Positions 40,011 to 51,869 of a stretch of DNA of 64,000 bases are shown one piece after another (the stretch's first letter is position 1; the number at the start of each line of letters is the position of its first letter). Source of the DNA: Octopus bimaculoides (Eukaryota); the NCBI RefSeq assembly GCF_001194135.2, contig NC_068981.1:38607871-38671870 (forward strand). Reading direction: 5' to 3'. A program made the position numbers and the translations under genes. Under the pieces are notes generated by a model. The model saw only the letters and a list, made by a program, of their open reading frames with translations, made no database searches and had not been told where the DNA came from.

Positions 40011-41151
40011 TTAGGTTTTTAAATTTTTTAAAAGGCTTAATAAAAAATAACAACTAATTAATCAATAATGTAACCACCCTTGTTGTTTACAATTTCTTCC
40101 CAAAATTCAACAAGATTTTCAATACATCGTTGGTAGAAATCACCCGATTTTGACTCGCAAAATTGATCCAACCAAGCTCTCAGTAGAATGAAACTCCACG
40201 CATAGCATTTGAAAGAGATCGAAAGAGGTGGAAATCTGTTGGTGCCAAATCAGGAGAGTACAGTGGGTGTGACAGCACTTCCCAGCCATGCGTTTGAATG
40301 GCTTCCTTGATCATATTGGCAATATGAGGGTAGGCGTTGTCATTCAGCAGAAGAACTTCATGCTGCCAATTAGGCCTTTTTCTCTTGAGTAGCTGCGTTT
40401 AGTCATTCCATCTGTTGAACATAGGGCTCCACATTGACCATTTGGTTCCTTTCAAGCAATTTGTAATAGATAATCCATTCCAAATTTGTAATGGATAATC
40501 CCTTCTCATCCCCATATGCACAACGTCGTTTTATATGGATGAAGATCTTGTTTCACGCACAGTGTCACTTGTTTACCAGGGCTAAGCCATTCCTTATGCT
40601 GCTTCATATTGATGTACAGGCACCGTTTTTCATCACCAGTAACGATTCGGTAAAGAAATCGTTGCTTGTGTCTATGAGTTGAGCGATGATGAGCAAGCAA
40701 ACCAGCGGAGATTGTGGCTCATTGATTTTTGTTGTTGTCACTTAAAACATGCACAACCCATGCTCCATACTGGACAGCCAGAACAAGGTGTGTCTTTGAG
40801 GTCAAAATTTTCATTTTTGAACTTGGCATACCAATCACGCGCAGTTCTTTCAGCTATGGCACCCTCTCCATACACAGCACAAATGTCATGAGCAGCTTTT
40901 TGCGGCCTTAGAACCTTGATTAAAAGCAAAAAGGAGGTGTCAAAAATGCTTGTTTTTCTTAACTTGACATTCCATTTTAATAATCGAAAAATAAACAAAA
41001 TTAATTAAGATTAAATAGAAAAAAAAAACAAAATAGATTCCAAAATGATTCAAAAATAGAATTCTCACAAAAAAAAAAAAGATTCCAAAATTAAAAAACG
41101 CAATAAATTCCAAAATTTAAAAAAACGGCTGGAACTTAGTTGCCAACCCAA
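40011..41151 (-). mobile_element. Mariner (DD34D) transposon, internally deleted and inactivated
   Basis: ICAVYGEGAIAERTARDWYAKFK, RIVTGDEKRCLY, GWEVLSHPLYSPDLAPTDFHLF. Intact TIR GGAACTTAGTTGCCAACCCAA|TA at right; left TIR mostly deleted. Confidence 0.95.
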
Positions 41152-41865
41152 TAGATAGATATACGTATGTTATATTCCATTAGGAACATGATAAAGTATT
41201 TTAGATGTTTCTGTGTTTCTGTCTCCTTTCTTTTATGTTTGTTATTTATTTTGTTTTAATGTTGTTACTGAAAACATACATTATCGAACATATTTACCAA
41301 ATTATGTTAACCTCATCTTAAATACCATTCCATTTTAGATTATGGTCATTCTGGAGTTAATATAGTGCAAAATATATTGTTGTTGGCTGTATTAGTTGAA
41401 CTTCGTTTATGGAACTTTTCCAAGTACCATTATTTTTGCCAAAAATATTTCAGAGTCACTTGGCTAGTTCAATTGTCTGATAACTTTTGATTTGTAGTGA
41501 CTCCAAAATATCCCAAACAACAATAGTAGTGCTTGAATATTCCCCAAAATCGAAGTTTCTTAACTATTACATTTAAACTCATCCATAATGTTGTCATTTT
41601 TGTAATTATTAAACGTTCTTTTTATAAGTATGAATAGCAAATATGATCCTATTTGTAAACTAACTCAAAGCTGAGTTAAGATGATTAAACTGTGAAAAAT
41701 GGCTACATACATCATCATTATCATCATCATCATCATTGGTTTAATGTCCACTTCAAAAATTGGAAATGGAACATCACTTATATGATGGTGACACTTGTTT
41801 ACAACCATCACATGATGCCAATGTAAGGAGTCATTAACACCCAAACATACATATATATGTGCATG

Positions 41866-41912
<47 letters not shown>

Positions 41913-42474
41913 ATACACACACACACACACACACACACACAATGGGCTTCATTCCGTTTCTCTATACCATATTCACTCATAAGGCTTTAGGTGGTCTAAG
42001 GCTATATTAGAAGACATTTACTCAAACTTCCATTTAGTAGGACTGAACCCAAACCATGCAATTGGGAAGCAAACTTCTCACTACACAGCCATATCTGTGC
42101 CTATAATGTAAATAATTTAGAAACTGTTTTTTTTTGTTGGATTTTTGATATTTTATTTGATATTGTAATGAATGTTTTTAAAGTAAAATTTTTTATGTAT
42201 GTTTTCACTTAAGACATTTGCAAACGAAATTCAGCTTTTGTTTCTCAAACTGTTTTGCTTAGAATTGAATGAGACAGACAAGTGAAAGAGTCTCTGTGTC
42301 AATGACCCGAATCTTAGTATCTGTAGACCCTTGAGAGTATTCAATAATTTAAAAGGCTGCAGTGTTAAATGTATCAGTACTTAGATGAATGTAATTATCC
42401 AGTTACATCTAATTTTTCAATTGAGAAATGAAATGTGTACACAAGTTAATTAGAGTGGTACATTGAGTATACAT

Positions 42475-42792
42475 GGAGGCACAATGGCCCAGTAATTAGG
42501 GCAGCGGACTCGCGGTCGGAGGATTGACGTTTCGATTCCCAGATTGGGCATTGTGTGTGTTTATTGAGCGAAAACACCTAAAGCTCCACGAGGCTCCGGC
42601 AGTGGTGGGGGGACCCCTGTTGTGCTCATTCACCCCAAATTTCTCTAACTCTTTCTTCCTGTTTCTTGACTAACGCTGCAATGGACTGGCGTCCCATCCA
42701 GCTAGTGGGGGGGGGAGGACACATACACCATAGAAACTGGGAAACTGGGCCCATGAGCCTGGCTAGGCTTTAAAAGGTCAAAAAAAAGAAAA
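42475..42792 (+). mobile_element. Full-length, relatively young tRNA-derived SINE
   Basis: A box TGGCCCAGTAATTAG, B box GTTTCGATTCC, CORE-like segment, retained CpGs, A-rich tail. Confidence 0.85.
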
Positions 42793-43371
42793 ATTCAGTA
42801 TTCACACCTTTCCTTGGGACCACTGTTCTATGTAAATAGCTGAACCTGCCAGAAAAAGCTGTTAAATCTTCCTCAGATTACATTCTTCTTTAAAAAAAGT
42901 TAAAGAAACATTAGTTACACTACATTTAAAAGAAAATGGGATGGTCACAGCTAGAATTCCTCAGAGCACAACTCAGGTCAATCAGGGATGATCTGGAGCT
43001 AAACAAGAATTTAGCAAGGATTAAAATCCTTTTCATTTCATCACTTTATAATTGAAAGCAATTTATTTTTGTTGTTTCAATGACTTTTGTAAGGAGGTGG
43101 GGTAGTGCTCATGGTACTTTAATGGGGCCTCCATATGTTGGATGAGATGTCCTTCCCATTACTAACCCTCAGTTTTTTCCAATTAAGGTAAGAAAACCTC
43201 TTGCATGACAATGACCTTCATTTACAACTATCATAAATATCAAGGCAAAGAGGTAGCAAAACACACAAATATATATGTATGTATACATGCACAACAGGCT
43301 TCTTTCAGTTTCCACTAGTCAAATTCATTCACAAGGCTTTGGTTAGCCCAGGACTATAGTAATAGCAACTA

Positions 43372-45119
43372 TAGAAGAAATACCTAGCCAAAGATAAACC
43401 TCTATACTTGGCTTTTGTTGACTTGGAGAAAACCTTTGACAGCGTCCCCTGATCCCTTATCTGGTGGGTGATGCAGAAACTGGGGATTGATGAGTGGTTA
43501 GTAAGAGCTATACATGCCATGTACAGGGATGCTGTTAGTAAGGTAATGATTGGCAATGAGTATAGTGAAAAATTCTGGGTAGAAGTAGAGGTCCACCAAG
43601 GATCAGCCTTCAGCCCTCTCTTATTCATCATAGTCCTCCAGGCAATAACAGAGGAATTCAAGACAGGCTGCCCCTGCAAGCCCCTCTATACTGATGACCT
43701 TGCTCTCATAGTGGAATCACTACCAGAACCAGAGAAGAAATTTCAGGTGTGGAAGCAAGGTTTAGAATCGAAGGTCCTTAGAGTCAATGTTGCAAACACC
43801 AAAGTCCTAGTAAGTAGGAAGGCAAACACATTACAAACCCCTTCAAGTAGATGGCCCTGCTTGATCTGTAGAAAAGGTGTAGGTAAAAACTCTATAAGTT
43901 GTACCCAGTGTAAGCTATGAATGCATAAGAGGTGCGGCAACATCAAAGGAAGGCTAACCGGGAAGATAGCTTTTGTATGCTGCAGATGCACAGGTGTAAT
44001 AAACATCATAGATCCTCAGAAAACTAATTCTATCACATGCCAGGGGAAGAGACTTGAAGTGGTTGATAGCTTCCACTACCTAGGTGACCAAGTTTGTAGT
44101 GTGGATGAATGCTCAGAGAGTGTTCCACTAGAATAAGAATAGCCTGGGCAAAGTTCAGAAAGCTACTAACTCTACTCGTGACAAAGGACCTCTCGCTGAC
44201 AGTGAAAGGTAGATTGTATGATGCATGTGTGCAAACTGCCATGCTACATGGCAGTGAAACATGGGCCATGACTGCTGAAGACATACATAGGTTCAAAAGA
44301 AATGAAGCTAGTATGATCCACCGAATGTGTAATGTCAGTGTGGACACACGACAGTGTCAGTGCCCTGAGAGAAACGTTAAGAAGAATCAGATGTGGGGTG
44401 CAAGAGTGACGACTGCACTGGTCTGGTCATATGCTGCATATGGATGAGGAGAGCTGTGTGAAGAAGTGTCATTCCCTAATAGCGGAAGGAACCTTTGGAA
44501 GAGGGAGACCCAGGAAGACATAGGATGAGGTGGTGAAGCATGACCCTCGAACGTTGGGCCTCACAGAGGCAATGACAAAAGACTGAGACCTTTGGAGATA
44601 TGCTGTGATTGAGAAGACCCAGCAAGGAAAGTGAGTTCACAGCCATAGCCTACACCAGTGTCGCATAACCAGCCCATTTAGAAAGTACCTTTGAATCGTC
44701 GGGTGACATGCCATGCTTGGGGAGACCTATTGAGTCGAGTAAAATCAAAATCAAAATCAAATCACAATCAAATGGAAATTGTATTTGTGACTGATACCTG
44801 TGCTGGTGTCATGCAGTAAGCACCATTCATGCATGAGTCGCTGCCAGAGCCACCTGATTGGCTCCTGTGCCGGTGGCATGTAAAAAGAGCCATCCGAATG
44901 TGGCCAGTGCCAGTGCCACCTGACTGGCTCCCGTGCTGGTGGCACATATAAAGCACCCACTATGCTCTCAGAGTGGTTGGCATTAGGACAGGCATCCAGC
45001 TGTAGAAACATTGTCATATCAGATTGGAGCCTGGTGCAGCCTCCTGGCTTGCCAGTCCCCAGTCAAACCGTCCAACCCATGCTAGCATGGAAAACGGATG
45101 TTAAACGATGACGATGATA
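43372..45119 (+). mobile_element. 5'-truncated RTE (BovB-like) LINE: RT domain, C-terminus and complete 3' UTR with (GAT)n tail
   Basis: AFVDLEKTFD, VHQGSAFSPLLF, LYTDDLAL, FHYLGD, YDACVQTAMLHGSETW and GRGRPRKT motifs, with several stops and frameshifts. Confidence 0.97.
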
Positions 45120-45796
45120 TTCATATGCAGACATATCAATGTGTAGTATGAAAATGCGCACGCACGTACACACATACACACACACAAATACATGCATGCA
45201 CACACATGCATGCATACACATATACACATGCATGCACACACAAGCACATGCACACACATGCATACACACACACATATGAATACCCATATTCTATATATTC
45301 ACCCATACTTTTTATAATCTTTTAGCATTTTTACATTCATGTATATCTGTTTCTGTGAATGCATATGTTAAAATAGTGTATCTACATGTAGTAAATGAAA
45401 ATATGTCTTCATTGGATTGTAGTTGTACATCTAATTATATTTCATGTAATATGTATATGCATAGTCATACACCTCTGCCCCACTGTCAATAGTGTCTTAT
45501 ATATTCACTTGTCTTTCTCTCTTGCCCTTTCACACCTAGATGCACCTCTTTAAAACCTAGTAGATACATAAATGTTTCTCTCAATCCCTTCCATTACTTT
45601 CCTGATATCCTTTCCTCTTCTTAATATCACTTACAACAGTTTAACTGTCTTTATAATTTATTATATAATTATTATGATAATTATTATTAGTATAATAATA
45701 CCTAATACTCTTTTATTCTGTTTTCTTATAACCATACATGCACACAACAATGATAAAATGAAATACTGACTTTATTCATGTAAATACATCTTCTTT

Positions 45797-46250
45797 GCGA
45801 AGGTGCATAGCTCAGTAGTCAGAGTGCTGGGCTCACAATCATGAGATAGTGAGTCTGATTCCTGAATCAGGCTGTGCGTTGTGTTCTTGAGCAAGACACT
45901 TTATTTCATGTTGCTCCAGTTCACTCAGCTGTAGAAATGAGTTGTGTCATCACTGGTANNNNNNNNNNNNNNNNNNNNNNNTCAGGCTGTGCGTTGTGTT
46001 CTTGAGCAAGACACTTTATTTCATGTTGCTCCAGTTCACTCAGCTGTAGAAATGAGTTGTGTCATCACTGGTACCAAGCTGTATCAGCCTTTGCCTTTCC
46101 CTTGAATAACACCAGTGACATGAAGAAGGAAAGCTGGTATGCATGGGTGACTGCTAGTCTTCCATAATTAACCTTGCCTGGACTTGTGCCTCGGAGGGAA
46201 ACTTTCTAGGAGCAATCCCATGGTCATTCATGAGTGAAGGGGGTCCCTAC
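45797..46250 (+). mobile_element. tRNA-derived CORE SINE, split by a 23-N gap
   Basis: CATAGCTCAGTAG A box, TGATTCCTG B box, TGCGTTGTGTTCTTGAGCAAGACACTTT CORE. Confidence 0.9.
45959..45981. other. Assembly gap with an exact 92-bp duplication on both sides
   Basis: 45867-45958 is identical to 45982-46073. Confidence 0.97.
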
Positions 46251-47038
46251 ATTTTCTTTAACTAATTTCATTCGGGTGGTCAATTAAGAGAATCACAATG
46301 AGTTGCAAATATTTCATTTAGCTATGATTGATTGAGATATGACACTGCACTACAAACCACAAAGTTACAAGTTCAAACCTTATTATAGCATTTGTTCTGT
46401 CCCAGGCAAGGTGCATAATTATTCATGCCTTAATGTGCATGACTGATGAATGAGGCTGCATTTTTATTTGCATGCTCGAATAGAAAGGAGGAAGGTTATT
46501 CAGTTGTAGAAATAATTTCCCTAATAATAATTAAAATGTCAAAATTTGAAAACTCTATTGCACTGCTGTCCATTGAAATATAAAAAAAAAATTGTGAAGT
46601 AAACTATAAGAAAACACAAAAGAGACACAAAATAATTTCTTTTCAGAAATTCATTGATATAACTTGGTTAAATAAATTAATCTGTCATGCTAAGAAAATT
46701 TCATCTATAATAATTATTGCACCACCACCACCACCTCAAAGACCACCATCACCACCATCACCACCATCAGCACCACAGCCACCACCACTGCCAATACCAC
46801 CACATCTAACTCCCAACTACCAAAACACTATCATCATCGTCATCACCACGACCACGGCTACCATCACCATCACCATCACCATCAGTATCAGTCTTCAGTA
46901 ATATCTACTTGGTTGTTCTATGTGCAGCGGAGTCTGAGATGAACAATGCTCTGTTTGTGCATGCTGCATGACACTGCTGTTAGCTAAATTATGTAAGCAT
47001 TTCATTGCTCATGTCAGACAAGTCTGTTCACCATACCA

Positions 47039-47084
<46 letters not shown>

Positions 47085-47162
47085 TGTGTGTGTACCATCA
47101 TCATCATTTCAACCTCCACTTTTCCATGCTTGCATGGGTCGAGTGATGATAGTATGTGTGTG

Positions 47163-47195
<33 letters not shown>

Positions 47196-47221
47196 CTAGA
47201 GAGAGAGAGAGAGAGAGGGAG

Positions 47222-47266
<45 letters not shown>

Positions 47267-47747
47267 GCTGTCATCAGTTTTAGTGTGTATGTTTGTAACT
47301 GCAAGTTTTTATGACAAAGTCTAGGCAGTTGCCTATAATAATTATTATCAATAGAAATGTCAGTCGATTTCTTTCCAAAGAGAAATTGCAGGATAACATA
47401 TTGGATATGGTCTGTGGTTATATAAGAATAATTCTGTATTTTGAGATATAAAGAAAAAAAGAAACTGTTACTGTCTGACCTAACCAGAACCACTTCTATT
47501 AATTTTAGAGGAAACCTGAGGCAAAAAAAAAAACCTTGAAAAGTAATTATCTTATGTAATAGATTTTAATATCTATCCGTTTATCTTAGCTTCATCATTT
47601 TACTTCCATCTTCCATATTCTTATGGGTTGGTCTACTTGTCATGGTCTGGCCATCCTGTTCTGAGTCAGTTCTTATCAGGAGTTATTGTCCTCCTAGCTG
47701 GGTGGGAGGAAACCATATGCACACACACACACACACACACACACACG

Positions 47748-47974
47748 AACATTCAGACAGTCACATTACTCTGTCAAATGTAATGCTTATCTAATCAGAT
47801 TGTTTTGGATTTATCATGCATTATCTTATAGCTGCGAAATTTTGATGATGTGACAGTTTATTTTTAGGATGACATTGTAGGGTAGGTGTGAAAGGTTCAA
47901 TCAGGCCATTTTGAACAATAAAGCAGGTAGAATATTTTGGTCAGATATAACAAGTTTAAATGTTAAAGGGCTAA
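47748..47974. mobile_element. piggyBac-type MITE; left TIR lost into a (CA)n tract
   Basis: Right end TGTTAAAGGG|CTAA (CCC/GGG terminus, degenerate TTAA). A matching left end TTAA|CCCTTTAGTATTC occurs as a separate remnant at 35646. Family recognised from recall. Confidence 0.65.
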
Positions 47975-48215
47975 GGTGGCTTAGACAGAGGTAGAAGGCA
48001 TCTCCAATGACCTGTTTGTGGGGCTTCAGAGCCTGGTGGAAGAAAAGGAGAAAGATTTTGATAGTCTTGAACCAGAGATAAGTTCTGAATGGTTGTAACA
48101 GAGTTGACTTTTCTAAAGACATGCAAGATTTTGTTGCTGGTTAAACTGGATGACAGATGAGGTCTAACATTTAAGGTGAGGTCAAGAATGACAAGGCTAT
48201 GTACAGCTTCTACCA
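47975..48215 (-). mobile_element. Possible CR1/Jockey LINE RT C-terminal fragment
   Basis: SLVILDLTLNVRPHLSS...KILHVFRK resembles L.ILG.T....L....HI......K.L..L.R. Confidence 0.35.
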
Positions 48216-49629
48216 ACCCAGCTTCTGTCAGAAAGTTTGGTTTAGCATAGGGCTATTGTAGAAGATACAAATGCAAGCACAATCCCATGAAATTGAAATC
48301 AGGACCACATGATGAGAATAGAATTCTACTTCATGTTCCTTCTTCTGCAAGTATAAGAAAATAGAATTAGAATACTAAGTGTCTTATACGAGAAATTGTT
48401 TTCCTTTTCACGTCTTAATTTTGAATGTTTTGTTTAAGAATTAATTTTATCAGAAATGAATAAAATTTCATTTCTGATAAGTTTTGTCATCAACATTATT
48501 GTCATGATTGTGATCATCATTGCCTCCTCCTCCTCTTTCTTTTTCCCTCCTTCTCTTTCCTTGTCATCACCATTGTTGTCTTCATCAACATCATTGTCAC
48601 CACCATCGTCAGCAATAACATTTGATTTCCTGCAATAGCTATTCGGTTGGCCTATGTGCTGTAGAGTCCAAGAATATCTTTCTTATTGTCTAAACTTTTT
48701 CCTCTAAATGAGAAAATTTTAATTCTTCCGTTTCCTAAGTTTTAAGTTTATCAACTACCATCATCGTTATCATCTTTTTTTATTCTACTTTCCTTACTGA
48801 CACGTACAGGACAAGTTATCAATATCTGAGTCATTTCTGATCTGGTGTTATTGCCCTCCTAGACTTATTGGAGGACCATGTCTCACACATACATTTGATT
48901 TTTTTGTTATTATTTCTATGAGTGGATTCATTTCCTAATGCTAATCCCTTTAAACAATACGTGAAATACATTTTATTATGCTTCTGACCCTATAATTTGG
49001 GAACTAAGAGACATTATTTATGAAAAGAATATTTACTTGTATAGCATCTACAAATTTTAAGAATGTCGGTGCCTATGTAGTTTAATCAACCTGCTAGAAA
49101 TAGCAACCAAAATCTCCCTTGGATCAAGTTCTAGTCTTAAAAAAAAGCCAGATTGGACAATGTACCAAGATCATCAGAAAAATACATGAGGTGGTCACAA
49201 CTGGAACATAGTTAAATATAGGTTTCATCAAGTTGCTCATATGGAACTCAATTCAAATATTTTAATGGCAGTCTCAAGCATGGCCACAACCTCTGGTTGA
49301 AACCAGTAAAAGAACAAAGGAATTGTTAACCAAATATTTTTAAAATGTGATTTTGTTTTGCAATTAGTAATTACAGATAAAATATTTAATTAATAGCATT
49401 TTTGCTTCACCTTAGATTAAATTTAGTCATATCAATATCGTCCATCTATTCTTCAGGACCCTAACCACAGTTAAACTATAAAAATTTAAACATGTTTTTA
49501 TCACAAAAAAATAAGGATATTGAATAGATACTATGTCAACTATCTCAACCAACCATATGACAGAAAGTAACATTGGTATTATTCTACAGAGACATTATAT
49601 ATAAGAAGCCATGCACATTTAGTATATAC

Positions 49630-49700
49630 AAAGACAGACAGACGGACGGACAAACCAACGCCGATGAAAACATAACCTCCTTCCTTGATGGAGGTAATAA
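49630..49700 (+). mobile_element. 3' end of a non-autonomous element (Helentron/HINE-like)
   Basis: (GACA/GACG)n microsatellite, then GAAAACATA and a subterminal hairpin ACCTCC-9nt-GGAGGT followed by AATAA. Class assignment uncertain. Confidence 0.5.
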
Positions 49701-51731
49701 GAGATCAGAAAAGAAAATCATGTAGAAAGATTATGACAGCAAAAATTTAGACTAGCAAATTTATAGTTTAAAAGTGATAGTCACAGTTAGTTCTTGAAAC
49801 TTTGTTTTGAAAGCTATGTAACTGAATAAATGTCTCAACACAACTATTCAAGTATTCATTTTGCAGAAAGATTTCCATTTCTAATAAGACCAATTTGTTA
49901 AAGGTACACCGAGTACATAAGGTATATTAGTATATGTATATAAGTTGAAATCTGTAAAGAATAGAAGGCTTACAAAAATCTATTGTGAAAAAGGGAAAGA
50001 GAGAAGAAATAATAAATAATAGTTAAATAAACAGATAAGTAAATGGTTAGATAGACAGATATATAGATAAATGTTAGGGCTTTACTTAGCTTTGTTTGAC
50101 AAGGAATAGTTTCTGCTGGAGGAAAAAAAAATGTCTTTTGTTAGAAAGTAACTCTAAAGGAATCCCTGAAGGATTCCAGATTCTAGAATGATAAATTTCT
50201 AAGAGATTATATTGATATAAAAAAAAAAAAAACGTATTATTCATTGAAGGTCTGGTTTTGAATTAATGTTCCAGTTTTGTGTATGGTTTAAGCAAAATGA
50301 ATTACATTATAATTTCTGTTATAATAAAAGAGGAGGAAGTTCTATGAAATTCTGCTAATAAAACAAGGTATGAAGTTTGAAGAAAAATATATCTTTTTGT
50401 AAAGAAAATTCGACACATTATCAAAATATAATGAAATATCCTTTTCATGGTTGATTTTTAGACCCTCCAGGCAAATTGACTGTAGACAACACATTCAGCC
50501 TTAAAAGAAAATATATCAGTTTATAGCAAAAGCAATCCATTCATGAAAAGGTTTCCAAAGAAATAGAAAATGAATTATATAAAATACAGTACTGAATGAA
50601 AACGTTGCATTAGTAATGGAAATGTAAAAGGAGGAATATTTTTAGAATAGAAAAAGGATCATTAATAGCAGAGAGATATATTTATTGTGTTACCAGGAAC
50701 ATTACTGAAAATTTTCACTTTATATGGCATTAGCAGGAGAAAAGTTTTCAAAATTATGATTGTTGTAAATTCATGAAATAATGAATAAGTTGTGAGGTTA
50801 AGTTATAAGATATTCCTTTTGAATAGGTAGGTAAGTTTTACAACATTAGACTTAGAATCGTATTAGCTTGAAATAACAGCTATTTCAGAGGTGGATTAGC
50901 TTTCTAACATCAATAGAAATATCTACCAGTCATATTTTGAACTATAAATAATTGAACTAGTGAGAGTTACAAGAAATTACCACATCAAAGCAAACTGTGT
51001 AATTTATCTTTATGATATTTTCATGAAAAGTATTTCTGTTTTGATTTTTTATTGGTTTATTTCTTCTACTAAGTAAACTATCACAAGTATGATGCATGCA
51101 AATAATTTGCTGGTGTTGATTGCAGAACTGTACTTATTTTGGCAATATTGTCTTCAGTGATTTTAAATAAATGGTATTTGTCACTCAATAGAACAGATCC
51201 AATAAATGGTTACTCCTCCCAAGGAGTCTGAATGGCTGGATTTTCATTTATTCTGTTTGAGATTGCTTGTTGATTAGACTTTTAGTCATAGGATTCTTTT
51301 TAGCCTTATAAGTTTATAAGTCAAATTAATAGCTAGTTTTGATAACTGCAAATTTACTATGGGACCTTTGACTTCAAACTTCTTTGGAAATATATAAACA
51401 AATAGAATGATGTTATGTGAGAATAATTAGATACATCACTAAATACACTCAGAGAAGCATAAGAAAATAAGAGTTGGATCAGGAGAAATGCTAACAACTA
51501 AATAATGGCACATAAAGAATCTGTTATTTGATAGTCTTAATGGTATTTTGAATGATTTAATGATAGCAGAAAAATTAATGTTATCACATCAAATGTGAGT
51601 AAAGTCTTTGAAACCTCAGGAAATATAAAAATATGAATGCTGAAGAATTTGGTTAGTTATTTATTTCAAATGTTTTTGTTTATTGTTGAAACAACCATTT
51701 TATATGAGCATACATGATATTTTTTAGTTTA

Positions 51732-51869
51732 GCTATCAAAATGCTTGTTTGACTATCATAACTTTTGTTTGGCTACCAAAGCATTTGTTTTGATAGCAAA
51801 ACATTTGTTTGGTTATCAAAACACTTGTTTGCCAATGAAAACATGTTTGGTTATCAAAACATTTATTTG
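51732..51869. repeat. Degenerate 20-bp minisatellite x7, consensus about GYTATCAAAACATTTGTTTG
   Basis: Units aligned by eye; one unit is 18 bp. Confidence 0.9.

Noticed and set aside
42475-42545. tRNA gene (also the tRNA-like heads near 24520-24577 and 45797-45870)
   Set aside because: A and B boxes are present but there is no complete cloverleaf, and each continues into a SINE body.
45867-46073. Exact 92-bp direct repeat inside a SINE
   Set aside because: The two copies abut a 23-N gap, typical of overlapping contig ends rather than a real duplication.
51732-51869. CRISPR-like appearance of the 20-bp array (also the 18-bp array at 1021-1080)
   Set aside because: No unique spacers, no cas genes, and a eukaryotic context.
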